A stretch of 64,000 bases of DNA from Octopus vulgaris (GCA_951406725.2 OX597817.1:167772001-167836000); one strand, 5' to 3'; shown: positions 1 through 17,350, counted from the first letter of the stretch. The notes: generated by a model not told the origin, from the sequence alone. Numbers and translations are program-made.

Positions 1-1310
1 CTGGGTAAGTTTGGGGACTACCATCACCAACAAAAACAAGAAATATGATAAACGAATAAGGGAACTTCTATGTCATTGATCGACCTGCTAGAAATAGGAG
101 CTGAATTCCCTCATATCACACCCTACCAATTTGAAATAGAGAAAGGAGACGTTAAACAATGTAATCCTACGTACCTCTTAAAAGATGGAATGGGTACAGC
201 TGGAAATGGCTAGCTCAATCCGGTCCAAGAAGTACGAGTCAATGAGGGAGCAAGCCACCACGTGGCTGCTTGAACTGCTAAAAATTGCAACCAAATCTTT
301 CACAAAGACACTTCTAACATTTTAAAATGGGAAAGACGCAGTGGATGATATGGTTCTGAATAAAAGATAGGATGAATGGTCACAGCTGGAATACCTGACC
401 TAAGGCTCAACAGCAACAACAAATGTATTTTAAGTAAGAAAGCTATGATTGTCATGAACCATATCAGCCTCCACTAATAACACTCCAACAACAACAAAAT
501 CAACAGCAATGCTAGTATCACCAATAAAATAGCACTACCATACAACAAAGCTTGTATGTAGTTGCTTGATCTGCAAGAAATAGCAGCCAAATATCCCTCA
601 AATCTACACCAAACTGAGAGGTAATATTTACCCCCAATTAAACATGGACGTTCTATAAGAACAAACTATACTGTGGTAATTACCACGAGAAAAACTCTTT
701 GGCTTTTTGGTGTGAAATGCATGCTTGTTTATATTGCTAGTAGGGGAGATAAACCCCTGCAACCTCCAGCACCAAGATCACTAGATCACATGATTTCAAC
801 TTTGTTTAGTCTCTTCAGTGATAGACACTCGACCATTAGAGTCAACAGTGATTCATCTCCCTGACAGTGATATATAGATGGACAGTGCCATAAAAAGGGG
901 CTGATGTCATGTGTAGCCAGTTGGCTCAAGAAAAGGATACATTATATAATGTAGTTCTCCTGAGTATTCCTCAAAAAAAAGGTAGAATTATAATGGCTGG
1001 AAGGCCGTTGATCATAGGTCAGATCAGTTAGGTCTGATCTACTCGGGGTTAAACAACAAAAACTACTACCGTTACTACTACTACCATTACATCACCACAC
1101 AACAATAACAATTACACTTCATCAAACTGAAGTACAAAGTCTGTGATTTGACCTCTTTCAAACTATTAAGAGAACTTTTTGTTGCCATGACAGTGACAAG
1201 AAGAATATTTTCTGTGGGATATACATGTGGAGTTTGGGGGAATGTCACACACACACACACACACACACATACACACAACACACACACACATATTAATACA
1301 TGTATGTGTA

Positions 1311-1348
<38 letters not shown>

Positions 1349-2088
1349 TATATATATATGTAAAAACATATATGTATGAATGTGCATATATATATATAAC
1401 ATACATATGTGTATGTATATATATATATATGTATATATATATACATATATATAATGTGATGTAATGTATATATATATATATGTATATATATAAACACACA
1501 TACACATGCACACTTATTTGCACACCCACACATATATATACAGTGAAGGAATTTTTTTTTTTTTTTTTGGGTTTTTGATAACTTTCTTTGTCACGAACTC
1601 TGAACTCTTACTTTTGAAGAAAGATGAAGAAAAAAAATAGCTGTTACAAGAATCACAACTACAACAGCAACAACAACCATGTTTTTTTTTTATTTATTTA
1701 TTTAATTTTTTTTTTTTTTTTTTTTGATAGAAGCAACAACAATTTTCACAAGAAACTGGATAGAACCAAAATAAAAACTTCTTTTCCTCCCCCTCTCTCT
1801 CTCTTTCTCTTTCTACATATATATATACACACATATATATATGTAAACACACACACACATGTATGTATATATCCACGTATATATGTATATATGGTCTCTC
1901 TTTCTCTCTCTGTTTCATGTATATTTCTGGGGATATATTTTATTTTCTTATATATTCTATGCTGTTTATATTTTTAAGTTACTTACTTAAATCGTCATTA
2001 AAATTGTCTCTATTTATCATTCTTAATTATTTGAGTTTTGTCTTGTTATTTCATCTTATATACTCTAAAAATCTTGTATGTATATATA

Positions 2089-3155
2089 TAACCTCGTGAC
2101 CTATGCCAGGGGTGCAACCAGCCCACTTCTGTGTACCTTTCCTTCATTGGACACTAAACTGCTTGCGAAGACCTATTGAGGCAAGTGAAATCGAAATCAA
2201 ATTTGATGACTGGCATCTGTGCTAGTGGGGTGATAAGAGCACCATCTGAGCGTGATCGTTGACAGAGCGGCTAACTAGCTTCCATGCCAGTGGCACATAA
2301 AAGGCACCATTCGAGTGTGATCGTTACAAGCGTCGCCTTACTGGCACTTGTGCCCCATGCTAGTGGGGCACTAAGAGCACCATGTGAGCATGATCGTTGC
2401 CAGAGTGGCTAATGGGCTTCCGTGCTGGTGGTGCGTAAAAGGCATCATTTGAGCGTGATCATTACCAGCGTCACCTTATTGGCACGTGAAAAAACATTTG
2501 AGCGAGGTCATTGCCAGTACCACCTAACTGGCCCCCATGCCAGTGGCACGTAAAAGCACCCGCTACACTCTTGGAATGGTTGGCGTTGGGAAGGGCATCC
2601 AACTGTAGAAACTCTGCCAGATCAAGATTGGAGCCTGGTGCAGCCATCTGGTTTGCCAGCCCACAGTCAAATCGTCCAACCCATGCTAGCATGGAAAGTG
2701 GACGTTAAACGATGATGATGATGATGAAAATGATACATGTATAGTCAACAGGTGAGATCCAACAGGTGTAATGTCAGTGTGCATACTTGACAGTGTAATA
2801 CCTTGAGAGAAAAGTTGGATCTAAGAAGCATCAGATGTGGTGTGCAAGAGAGATGACTGCGCTAGTATGGTTATGTGGTGAGAATGGATGAGGATAGCTG
2901 TGTGAAAAAGTGCCACACCCTATTGGCTAAGGGAACCTGTGGAAGAGATAGACCCAGGAAGACCTGGGATGAAGTGGTGATGCACGACCTTTGAACTTTA
3001 GGCTTCACCAAGGAAATGATTAGTGGCCGAGACTTTTGGAAACATGCCGTGCTTGAGAAGATTCAGCAAGCCAAGTGAGACCATAACCTCATGGCCTATG
3101 CCATGGGCGTAACCAGCCCACTTATGTGTACCTATTCCTTATTTGGACACTAAAC
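2089..3155 (+). mobile_element. Two adjacent RTE-family fragments (3'UTR plus tail, then ORF end)
   Basis: 2089-2726 ends in (GAT)n. 2765-3155 is near-identical to 5112-5500. Confidence 0.8.
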
Positions 3156-3383
3156 TCAAATGATTCAAACTTAGGCTCTGATGTTTTTACGAGGGAGCAA
3201 TTTCATGAAGTAAAGAGTGGATTATAAGAGGAATCAAGGTGAGCAGATATGGAAGCAATTATGGAGATAAACAGATTAAATATAACTGCTTGGGTTTGAT
3301 GTACAAAATATGTGTGTGTGTGTGTGTGTGTGTACATGCAAACAGAAAGAAAGCAAAGACTAAAGACAGTCAGATGATGAATA

Positions 3384-3782
3384 TCTATATATATAGAAGT
3401 GAGGTTGTGTGCTGTCTGTCTCCTACGATTTAGATTCCTAACTACTCCCACATTTTGCGGTGCAGTTTAACCAAATTCGGGTATCTTATGGTCGTGATTC
3501 ATATCGAGCCCTTCTGGGTATTAGCGCGCGTCTACGATGAGTCTACGATTTTAAAAATAATTTACCATCAATCTTTCCCATTTTTAATGCATTTTTGGCA
3601 TATATAAGGGAAGTAACTCTCTAAAAATTTATTATTAAATCTCAGAACATAAAAAGCTACAGTAACACCCCCCCCCCTTTGTGGTTAGTCATATTGAGAT
3701 GGCTATTATACTTTACATCTCTAAAAATGCTTATATAGTTATTTCCCTTACAAACCCGAGCAACGCCAGGCGAGACTGCTAG
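3384..3782 (+). mobile_element. Non-autonomous Helitron
   Basis: A|TC start, subterminal hairpin-like CCCGAGCAACGCCAGG, CTAG|T end, no TSD. Confidence 0.8.
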
Positions 3783-4006
3783 TTCAAGTATAAATACAGA
3801 GATATTTATATTAATAGATTCAATTGACACAGACTACAAACAACAGAGAAAATTAAAGGAGAAGAGGTAAGGTGTAATAAGTCCAACAGCTGTTGCTGGC
3901 GGCACTCAGAAATACATCATAATGGTAGATGTAGTTTACGATAATGTGCAGTCAGTAATGGAAGCAAATAAACATGGAATAAATCAAGCCTCCATAATCA
4001 GGGTAG

Positions 4007-4061
<55 letters not shown>

Positions 4062-4365
4062 TGTAACGTCCACTATACTATGCTTGCCTGGATAAAAATA
4101 CAATTCATTGAGGCAGATTTTCCATGGTTGAATGTATTTCTTGTTGCCAACCCTCACTCTTGTGTATATATATATGTGGCACGTAAAAAGCACCCACTAC
4201 ACTCACGGAGTGGTTGGCGTTACGAAGGGCATCCAGCCGTAGAAACACTGCCAGATCTGACTGGACCTGATGAAGCCTTCCGGCTTCATAGACCCCAGTT
4301 GAACCATCCAACCCATGCTAGCATGGAAAACAGATGCTAAATGATGATGATGATGATGATGATGA

Positions 4366-4404
<39 letters not shown>

Positions 4405-4675
4405 TCACTCTGGCACTTGTGCCGGTGTGCAGGTGACATGTAAAAAAAAAAAAGACCCGATATTCCGTGACCGTTGCCAGTACTGCTTGACTGGCATGTA
4501 AAAGCACCAACTACACTCTTGGAGTGGTTGGCGTTAGGAATGGCATCCAACTGTAGAAACTCTGCCAAATCAAGATTGGAGCCTGGTGCAGCCATCTGGT
4601 TCGCCCGACCTCAGTCAAATCGTCTAACCCATGCTAGCATGGAAAGCGGACATTAAACGACGATGATGATGATGA

Positions 4676-4711
<36 letters not shown>

Positions 4712-4789
4712 CACACACATACATATTTACATGTGAACATATATACACACACAAACACATTTTATATATATATGTGTGTGAGTGTGTGT

Positions 4790-5921
4790 GAATTGAAAAT
4801 GTGCAGAGAACAACTAACACCATATTCTGGGGAAAAAAACTAGAAGTAGTTGATAGCTTCCGTTACCTAGGTGACCAAGTCAGTAGTGGGGGAGGATGCA
4901 CTGAGAGTGTATCTGCTAGAATAAGAATAGCCTGGGCAAAGTTTAGAGAGCTCTTACTTCTGCTGGTGACAAAAGGCCTCTCACTCAGAGTAAAAGGTAG
5001 ACTGTACAATGCGGGTGTACGAACAGCCATGCTACATGGCAATGAAACGGCTGTGACTGCTGAGGACATGTGTAAGCTCGCAAGGAATGAAGCCAGTATG
5101 CTCTGATGGATGTGTAATGTCAGTGTGCATACTTGACAGTGTAATACCTTGAGAGAAAAGTTGGATCTAAGAAGCATCAGATGTGGTGTGCAAGAGAGAT
5201 GACTGCGCTAGTATGGTTATGTGGCGAGAATGGATGAGGATAGCTGTGTGAAAAAGTGCAACACCCTAAAGGTTGAGTAAACCTGTGGAAGAGATAGACC
5301 CAGGAAGACCTGGGATGAAGTGGTGAAGCACGACCTTCGAACTTTAGGCCTCACCAAGGAAATGACTAGTGACCGGGACCTTTGGAAACATGCCGTGCTT
5401 GAGAAGACTCAGCAAGCCAAGTGAGACCATAACCTCGTGGCCTATGCCATGGGCGTAACCAGCCCACTTATGCGTACCTATTCCTTATTTGAACACTAAA
5501 CTCTGCTTGCGAAGACCTGTTGATGCAAGTGAAATCAAAATCAAATTCGATGACTGGCAACCATGCTAGTGGGGTGCTAAGAGTACCATCCAAGCGTGAT
5601 CGTTGCCAGGGCTGCTAACTGGCTTCCATGCCGGTGGCACATAAAAGGCACCATTCGAGCATGATGTTACCAGCATCGCCTTACTGGCACCTGTGCCGGT
5701 GACATGTGTAAAAAGACTGGCCCCCATACTAGTGGCACATAAAAAGCACCCACTACACTCTCAGAGTTGTTGGCGTTAAGAAGGGCATCCAGCTGTAGAA
5801 ACTCTGCCAGATCAAGATTGGAGCCTGGTGCAGCCATCTGGTTCGCCAGTCCTCAGTCAAAATCGTCCACCCCATGCTAGCATGGAAAGCGGATGTTAAA
5901 CGATGATGATGATGATGATGA
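4790..5921 (+). mobile_element. RTE-clade LINE 3' portion with repeat-containing 3'UTR and (GAT)n tail
   Basis: LEVVDSFRYLG..RIRIAWAKFRELL..LSLRVKGRLY..VRTAMLHG. Ends CCATGCTAGCATGGAAAGCGGATGTTAAAC(GAT)n. Confidence 0.85.
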
Positions 5922-6046
5922 TATAGATAGATAGATAGATAGATAGATTTATATAGATAGTGGGGTGACCTTACTGTCACCAGCCCTCACCTCCTGTTAC
6001 CTTTCTTTGAAACAGTTAAGCATGGAAAAGTGAATGTTATTATGAT

Positions 6047-6078
<32 letters not shown>

Positions 6079-6721
6079 GTATGGTTAAGTTATAGAATGA
6101 AATTCTACAAATCCAATCATATTTGTCAAAAATGGAGGAGATAAGGAGTTAAAAGGTGGTAAGAAGTTTAGGAAACCACTCCAATTCAACCCTTTACACA
6201 CATATGCACACACACACACACACACACACATATATAACCCACGTCCACCAGGGTTTGTAAGTCCTGCACAGTGACCACAATAGCAAAAGTGGTGTACAGA
6301 AAGCACCCCGTGTATGCTTTAAAGTGTTTGGCTATAGGAAAGGCATCCAGCTGGAGAAACCATGCCAAAGCAGACATTCAACCATGATGTAATCCTTGGA
6401 CTCATCAAATCTTGTCAAACCAACCAACCCATGGCACCATGGAACATAGATGTTAAATGATGATGATGATGATAGTGATGATATATATATCTGTGCATGT
6501 GTGTGTGTATCCAAGATGGAGACAAGCACCAATATCTCATGTGGCAGGCTGATAATTGCTAGGATTTCTTTCAGCATGAAACCAATGGTAGTCTTGTTAA
6601 CCCACTAAAGAATATTTATCCACCAATGCAGTGTTGTGCACTCATTCTCACTTATCAATATTATTATATTAGCATGTATATGTATGTATCTATCTATTTA
6701 TCTATCCCTAGATAAGTTTCT

Positions 6722-6821
6722 NNNNNNNNNNNNNNNNNNNNNNNNNNNNNNNNNNNNNNNNNNNNNNNNNNNNNNNNNNNNNNNNNNNNNNNNNNNNNNN
6801 NNNNNNNNNNNNNNNNNNNNN
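6722..6821. other. Assembly gap (100 N)
   Basis: Run of N. Confidence 0.99.
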
Positions 6822-6937
6822 AAGTACCATGTTACATGTACAACACATTGGGCACAACCAGCTAAAAATAACTACCAAATTAACCTCATATCACACCCTG
6901 CCACCTTAGAAATGGATAAACCCCATTGGATACTCTG

Positions 6938-6969
<32 letters not shown>

Positions 6970-7991
6970 GTTTAATGTCCGCTTTCCATGCTAGCATGGG
7001 TTGGACGATTTGACTGAGGACTGGCGAACCAGATGGCTGCACCAGGCTTCAATCTTGATCAGGCAGAGTTTCTAAAGCTGGATGCCCTTCCTAATGCCAA
7101 ACACTCCGAGAGTGTAGTGGGTGCTTTTACGTGCCGCTGGCATGAGGGCCAGTCAGGCAATACTGGCAATGGCCACGCCCAAATGGTTTTTTTTATGTGC
7201 CACCTGCACAGGAGCCAGTCCAGTGGCACTGGCAACGACCTCGCTCAAATGTTTTTTCCACATGTCACCGGCACAAGTGCCAGTAAGGCAATGCTGGTAG
7301 CGATCACGCTCAGTAATTACTGCTGAAACATCGTTCATCAAAGGTCTGCATGATCAGAGCTAGCTCAGGGTTAAACAACAACTATGTCACACAGTCACCA
7401 AAGGTTCACGTAGATAATTATGTTTTCTCCAGGTGCCCTCTGTATTCCCAGATATAAATCTACATCTGGGTATATATATATTAAAAATCTGATATCCTTA
7501 TGTTCTATCCATCATATAGTTATTCACCGGGATACATTGCCATCATCATTCAATGGCCACTTTTCTATGCTTGCATGAGTTGAATAGATGAAGTTTATTT
7601 GAGGTAGGTTTTCAATAGGCGAATGCTCTTCCTTTCACCAACCCTCAACTGTTCCCAAACAAGGTATTGGCCAGATATGTTCCTAGAAAATATTGTAAAT
7701 GAATGATACTATTTTCATGACAGTGACGCTCTTTCACAAATATCATGGCACGTGAAGACAAAGAGACACAAACACACACACATCTATATATATATATATA
7801 CATATACATATATACAACGGGCTTCTTTCAGTTTCTGTCTACCAAATCCACTCACAAGGCTTTGGTCAGCCTGAGGGTATAGTAGAAGACACTTGCCCAA
7901 GGTTCCACACACTGGGACTGAACCCAGAACATATAAAGATGTATTTGTGTGTGTGTGAATGTGTGTAGACGGAAACTGAAAGAAGCCTATC

Positions 7992-10449
<2,458 letters not shown>

Positions 10450-10710
10450 TATATACAGTGGCGACCAAAATGTTCAGAACGGCATTGTTTTCGTCAGAAA
10501 AGTAGATATAATTTTTTATCAAAGTTGTTTTATATTCTATAATTTTCACAGACAATAAATACGATATTATTTGTTATTGCCTGAGATTTTGGTGTAATTT
10601 GAGAGGATAATACAAAAGTTATGGATGATTTAGTGATTTACTTGAAAAATAATAAATTAAACTGATTAGAACTGCCAGTGAAATCATTCTTTTCCTTTTT
10701 CCATATATAA

Positions 10711-10744
<34 letters not shown>

Positions 10745-10885
10745 TATGTAACTTGCTTACCAACCACATGGTTCTGGGTTCAGTCCCACTGTGTGGCACC
10801 TTGGGCAAGTGTCTTCTACTATAGCCCCGAGCCGACCAAAGCCTTGTGAGTTGATTTGGTAGACGGAAACTGAAAGAAGCCCGTC

Positions 10886-10993
<108 letters not shown>

Positions 10994-11408
10994 TTGTGTG
11001 TCTGTGTTTGCCCCCCCCCCCCAGCATCGCTTGACAACCAATGCTGGTGTGTTTACGTTCCCGTCACTTAGCGGTTCGGCAAAAGAAACCGATAGAATAA
11101 GTATTAGGCTTACAAAGAATAAGTCCTGGGGTTGATATGCTCGAGTAAAGGCGGTGCTCCAGAATGGCCGCAGTCAAATGACTGATATATTGTTTGTATT
11201 TCGGGACGGTTATAATTTTTTTTCTTTTTCCAAATAAACATACACACTATATATATATATTTTTTTTTTCACTCGTTTTAAAAAAGAATAATAGAATAAG
11301 AAAAATAATAATAAACGAATCAAGAAAAATATAAAAGTGCGTGTGTTTATTTGCCAAGAAGAAAAAAATTATGAAATACAATATGTTTCAACACATGATT
11401 TCACATCA

Positions 11409-11491
11409 GAAATCTTGCAAAAACGAATACACACACACACACATACACACACACACATACACACACACACATACACACACACACATACACA

Positions 11492-11542
<51 letters not shown>

Positions 11543-11595
11543 ACACACATACACACATATGTATATATTCCGAATCTTGCAAAAACGAATACACA

Positions 11596-11642
<47 letters not shown>

Positions 11643-11699
11643 ACACACATACACACATATGTATGTATTCCGAATCTTGCAAAAACGAATACACACACA

Positions 11700-11742
<43 letters not shown>

Positions 11743-11747
11743 ACACA

Positions 11748-11822
<75 letters not shown>

Positions 11823-11900
11823 ACACACATACACACACATACATACACACATACACACACACATACACACACATACACACACACACACACACACACATTT
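11409..11900. repeat. Compound (CA)n repeat with a higher-order unit
   Basis: GAATCTTGCAAAAACGAATAC recurs at about 11409, 11572 and 11672 between (CA)n tracts. Confidence 0.85.
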
Positions 11901-12399
11901 ATGTATTCCGTTTGGTCATGTGTGTGTGTGTATATACGCCCATATAGCTTATATCTATCTTCTCTCATTTCTTTCAAGCGTCATCATCAATATTTCCGTA
12001 TTAAGGAAATAGTCCAGTTCAGTCCAGTTCACTCCAGTCAAATCCGGATCACTTCAGTCAAGTCCAGTTCACTCCAGTCTAGTCCGGTCCGTGTATCTCA
12101 GTACACTCGCATTCATCAGCTTTGAAACGTAAATCTTTCAATAGATTTCCATAAGTTGTCTCCCTTGCTCCATAAATCGCATTAAATAACAAAGTTACCT
12201 CCCCTGTTATGTCGTGCATCAACCGTTTTACCGTGACGAAATGGCATAATACAATAGACCCTGATCCCTTTTGCATCGTGGACCGGTTCTATGCAAGACA
12301 ATCCTTCCACTAACAAGGGGATTATATGCATAATAAAATACAATAGAGTGGATAATGTATAATTTCATTATTACATAAATAATACGTGTATAATACATA

Positions 12400-12796
12400 T
12401 CTTTATATATAAAAGAAAGGTTGTGTGTCTGTCTACTCCGATTTAGATTCCTAACTACTCCCACATTTTGCGGTGCAGTTTAACCCAAACCGGGTATCTT
12501 ATAGTCGTGATTCATATCGAGCCCGTCTGGGTATTAGCGCGCGTCTACGATGAGTCTACGATTTAAAAAATAATTTACCATCATTTTTTTTCCATTTTAA
12601 TGCATTTTTTCGCTATTATATAAGGGAAATAACTCTCTAAAAATGTCTACGATGAGTCAACGATTTAAAAAAAAATTTACCGTAATTTTTTTTCCATTTT
12701 AATGCATTTTTTTGCTAATTTTTGGCTATAACTCTCTAAAAATGCTTTATAGTTATTTCCCTTACAAACCCGAGCAACGCCGGGCGATACTGCTAG
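12400..12796 (+). mobile_element. Non-autonomous Helitron, same family
   Basis: A|TCTTTATATATAAA ... CCCGAGCAACGCCGGGCGATACTGCTAG|T. Confidence 0.82.
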
Positions 12797-13044
12797 TATA
12801 TTATAAAACAGTATTGCCTCGATACACGAGTTAATTTATCCCTGGAGACCGCTCGTAAAGCGAAAAATCGTAAAGCAGAACGATAATTTCCCATAGTTGC
12901 AATGTTATAAATCGTAATTAGTTCCCGGAAAAATATTTTTGCCTATAAAATCTATAATACTTGTAAATAGATGGCAATTAAACAACAGAAGAATGTAAAG
13001 AATATTTTACGTAAAGTAAAAAGAATAAGATCATTTATAATAAA

Positions 13045-13780
13045 CTAGCAGTATCACCCGGCGTTGCTCGGATTTGTAAGGGAAATAACTATATAAGCAT
13101 TTTTAGAGAGCTATAGCCAAAAAATGCAGTAAAAATGGAAAAAAAAATTATGGTAAATTTTTTTTTAAATCGTTGACTCATCGTAGACATTTTTAGAGAG
13201 TTACTTCCCTTACATGATAGCGAAAAAATGCATTTAAAATGGAAAAAATGATGGTAAATTTTTTTTTAAATCGTTGACTCATCGTAGACATTTTTAGAGA
13301 GTTACTTCCCTTACATGATAGCGAAAAAATGCATTAAAATGGGAAAAAAATGATGGTAAATTTTTTTTAAATCGTTGACTCATCGTAGACATTTTTAGAG
13401 TGTTACTTCCTTATATAATAGCGAAAAAATGCATTAAAATGGGAAAAAATGATGTAAATTTTTTTAAATCGTTGACTCACCGTAGACATGATTACTTCCT
13501 TATGTAATAGCGAAAAAATGCATTAAAATTTTTTTTAAATCGTTCTCATCGTAGACATTTTAGAGTTACTTCTATATAATAGCGAAAAAATTCATTAAAA
13601 TGGAAAAAATGAGATCGTAGACTCATCGTAGACGCGCGCTAATACCCAGAAGGGCTCGATATGAATCACGACTATAAGATACCCGGTTTTGGTTACACTG
13701 CACCGCAAAATGTGGGAGTAGTTAGGAATCTAAATCGTAGGAGACAGACACTCACACAACTTCACTTTTATATATAAAGA
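13045..13780 (-). mobile_element. Non-autonomous Helitron with internal tandem repeats of about 100 bp
   Basis: Same termini on the - strand. The TAAATCGTTGACTCATCGTAGACATTTTTAGAG unit is repeated about five times. Confidence 0.82.
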
Positions 13781-14051
13781 TATTATCATTATAATCGTTT
13801 TCTGAATCACTTTCACTCGCACTAGACTCACGCACACCATCACGTGTAGAGGCGATGGCCGATTCACAAGCACTCGTAGACGGATTGTAGATTTCTTTTT
13901 TAAAAACAAGTCTAGAGTTGTGTGCTAAGAAGTTTTAAAATGCAAGGTAACGATTTGAAAGAGATTTAGCTGCCACTACAAACAGGTTGAGAGGCAACAT
14001 ATAAGCTCTCTCTCTCTCTCTCACTCTCTCTCTCTCTCTTTCTCTGGTAGT

Positions 14052-14628
14052 AGTGGAGAAGAAGAAGAGGGGGAGAGGAATACGACGTGGAAGTGGAGAA
14101 GAAGAAGAAGGAGAAGAAGAGGAGGGGGAAGGAGAAGAAGAGGAGGAGGAGGCAGGGGGAAGTAGAAGAAGAAGAAGAAGAGGAGGGGGAGAAGAAGAAG
14201 AAGAAGAAGAGGAGGGGGAAGGAGAAGAAGAAGAGGAGGAGGGGGGAAGGAGAAGAAGAAGAAGAGGAGGAGGAGGAGGAGGGGGAGGAGGAGGGGGAAG
14301 AGGCAGGGGGAAGTAGAAGAATAAGAAGAGGAGGGGAAGAAGAAGAAGAGGAGGAGAGGAATGCGACGAGGAAGTGGAGAAGAAGAAGAGGGGGAGGCAA
14401 GAGGAAGTAGATGAAGAAGAGGAGGAGGGGGAAGGAAAAGAAGAAGAAGAGTAGGAGGGGGTGGCGGGGGAAGTAGAAGAATAAGAAGAGGAGGTGGGGA
14501 AGAAGAAGAGGAGGAGGAGGGGAAGAAGAAGAGGAGGAGGAGGGGAAGAAGAAGAAGAGGAAGAGGGGAAGAAGAAGAGGAGGAAGCGGAGGAGGAGGAG
14601 GAGGAGGAGGAAGAAGAAGAAGAAGAAG
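14052..14628. repeat. Polypurine (GAA/GAG/GGA) low-complexity tract
   Basis: About 570 bp, almost exclusively A and G on the + strand. Confidence 0.95.
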
Positions 14629-15659
14629 ATATCTCAGTTATTTTCACGAGGCGTAGCAGTGTGACAACTTGCCAACCATCTGGGTTAGGGTTCAGTCCAA
14701 GAGCGCGGATCTTTGGGCAAGTGTCTTCTGTAAACCCAGGACGACCAAAGCCTTGTGAATAGATTTGGTAGATGGAAAGTGAAAGCCTATTTTGTGTGTG
14801 TGGGTGTGGGTGAGTGTGTGTCTGTCTATTTGTGTGTTTGTGTCCCCACCCCAACGCTCGACAACCGATGCTGGTTTGCTAACGTTTCTGTAACTTAGCA
14901 GTTCTGCAATAAAAGGAACCGATAGAATACGTACAAGGCTTTAAAAGATTAGTACTTAAACCCTTCAAGGCGGTACCCCCAGTGTGGCTGCAGTCCAGAA
15001 ACTGAAAGAAGCAATCGGTAAAAGATAAGTGCTTCTGCCTTTCAACCTATCCATGTTTACAACTCTCATTGAAAAGTTCTTTCGAATGATCTGTTGCTAC
15101 ATGGTCACCAAAAATCTATTTTATCAAGATTCTCTCAACAATTACTAGCAGTTATCTCCCCTGTTGCTGAAGTACTGCAATAAATTCTCTTTTACTCTTT
15201 ACTTTTTACTCTTTTACTTGTTTCAGTCATTTGACTGCGGCCATGCTGGAGCACCGCCTTCAGTCGAGCAAATCGACCCCGGGACTTATTCTTTGTAAGC
15301 CCAGTACTTATTCTATCGGTCTCTTTTGCCGAACCGCTAAGTGACGGGGACGTAAACACACCAGCATCGGTTGTCAAACAATGCTAGAAGGACAAACACA
15401 GACACACAAACACACACATACATATATATGTATATATACGACAGGCTTCTTTCAGTTTCCGTCTACCAAATCCACTCACAAGGCATTGGTCGGCCCGCGG
15501 CTATAGCAGAAGACATTTGCCCAAGATGCCACGCAGTGGGACTGAACTCGGAACCATGTGGTTGGTTAGCAAGCTACTTATCACACAGCCACTGCTGCGC
15601 CTATAGGTAATTTAATTAAATAGGTAATTTAATTTTTAAACTATAATTCGCAGATGTTC

Positions 15660-16200
15660 TTGGATGTATCGCCCGCGATGTTTCAATAGTCTCAAGGGGT
15701 TTCGGTTCTTTTCACATCAGACCCTTTCGCCCAGTTGACCCAACAGGATCCAGTAGCAGTAAACCATTGGTCTTCCCTCTTTATCCAAAGCCATCTAGAG
15801 GCCTTCTCTGCAACTTCAGTAATGACCTTAATAGCCTTCCTCTTTGCTGCACCAGTAACTCCAAGACCAGTTAAAGCCTTGCAGAATTAACGTCCCACAA
15901 AAACTTGTCAGCCCACATCAATTGCCTTGCAGCGTACCCGCAAGCCCTGATTTCTGTACTGCTCTACCAGCTCCTGGTATTTGGCAAGCTTTCCCTCTTG
16001 AGCCTTCTCCATGTGTTCCTCCCATGACGCAGTCAGTTCCCACATGATCACCTGTTTAGTGGAATAGGGGATGATCCCTATGTCTGGGTTGAATATTGTT
16101 GCTATGATGTGATCTGGAAACTTTAAACTGTTCCACGAGATCCACTCTTATCTGCCAGTCTGGGGATGTGGAAAGCAGTCGTGATGGTCGTTGTTGTTTC
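15660..16200 (-). mobile_element. Decayed 3' fragment of a HERO/NeSL-like RLE retrotransposon
   Basis: Manual translation of the - strand gives FPDHIIATIFNPDIGII..KQVIMWELTASWEEHMEKAQEGKLAKYQELVEQ. Confidence 0.7.
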
Positions 16201-16404
16201 AGATCATCAAGTTAAATTGCCTTGTAAGTATTTGCTAGGTTTCTTTGCGGCCTGAGTTCAAATTCCATCGAAGTTAATGTTGCTTTTCGCTGTTTTGAGG
16301 TCGATCAATAAGTATCAATCAAGGGAGGTGGCTTGCTGGATTCGATTAATAATATACATCGAACTTTTAAGGCAGCAGAATTTATATCGTTTAAGTATCA
16401 AAAT

Positions 16405-16617
16405 ATTAATTTCAACTTTTGGCACAAGGCCAGCAATTTGGGGGGAGGGAGTAAATCTATTACATTGACACTATGCTTAACTGGTACTTATTTTATCGAC
16501 CCCGAAAGGATGAAAAGCAAAGTCGATCTCGACGGAATTTGAAACAGAACGTAAAGGCAGACGAAATGCCGCTAAGCATTTCCTTCGGCGAGCTAACGAT
16601 TCCGCCAGTTCGCCGTT
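16405..16617 (-). mobile_element. tRNA-derived SINE, same head/body family with the alternative tail
   Basis: Body TCGACCCCGAAAGGATGAAA...GAATTTGAA. Similar copies lie at 40870-41082 and 56140-56330. Confidence 0.7.
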
Positions 16618-16624
16618 TTCAAAA

Positions 16625-17153
16625 TATTCTTTTCTAGTCTAGGCCCGAAATTTTGCAGGAGAGGGCCAGTCGATTAGATCGACCCCAGTACGCAACTGGT
16701 ACTTAATTTATCGACCCCGAAAGGATGAAAGGCAAAGTCGACATCGGCGGAATTTGAACTCAGAACATAAAGACTGACGAAATACCTATTTCTTTACTAC
16801 CCACAAGGGGCTACACACAGAGGGGACAAACAAGGACAAACAAACGGATTAAGTCGATTACATCGACTCCAGTGCGTAACTGGTACTTATTTAATCGACC
16901 CCGAAAGGATGAAAGGCAAAGTCGACATCGGCGGAATTTGGACTCAGAACGTAAAGACTGACGAAATACCTATTTCTTTACTACCCACGAGGGGCTAAAC
17001 ACAGAGGGGACAAATAAGGACAAACAAACGGATTAAGTCGATTATATGGACTCCAGTGCGTAACTGGTACCTATTTAATCGACCCCGAAAAGATGAAAGA
17101 CAAAGTCGACCTCGGCGGAATTTGAACTCAGAACGTAAAGACTGACGAAATAC
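16625..17153 (-). mobile_element. Tandem array of head-less tRNA-derived SINE bodies (184-bp period): two with a Tx1-like tail and one with an alternative tail
   Basis: GACGAAATAC occurs at 16776, 16960 and 17144. Each unit has a B box (GAGTTCAAATTCC or a 1-nt variant on the - strand) but lacks the A-box head. Confidence 0.85.
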
Positions 17154-17350
17154 GAATTTCTTTATTGCTCACCGGGGCCAAACATAGATATGGACAGTAC
17201 AACTGATGGGATCAGTGAATCGATATGATTTTACATAAATGTGACTTCAAAAATAAAATACAATACATAAAAATCGTATGGAATACACAGTACAAAAACA
17301 ATACAAATGAAGCGATGATCAAGTTACGCTCCGATCCCACAAGCCCCGAT

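Noticed and set aside
12810-12900. Possible Tc1/pogo terminal fragment (CAGTA...), also near 10456
   Set aside because: No matching second TIR or transposase sequence could be confirmed by eye.
13966-14854. Acidic/basic low-complexity ORFs
   Set aside because: They come from a polypurine simple repeat next to a SINE, with no splice or homology support.
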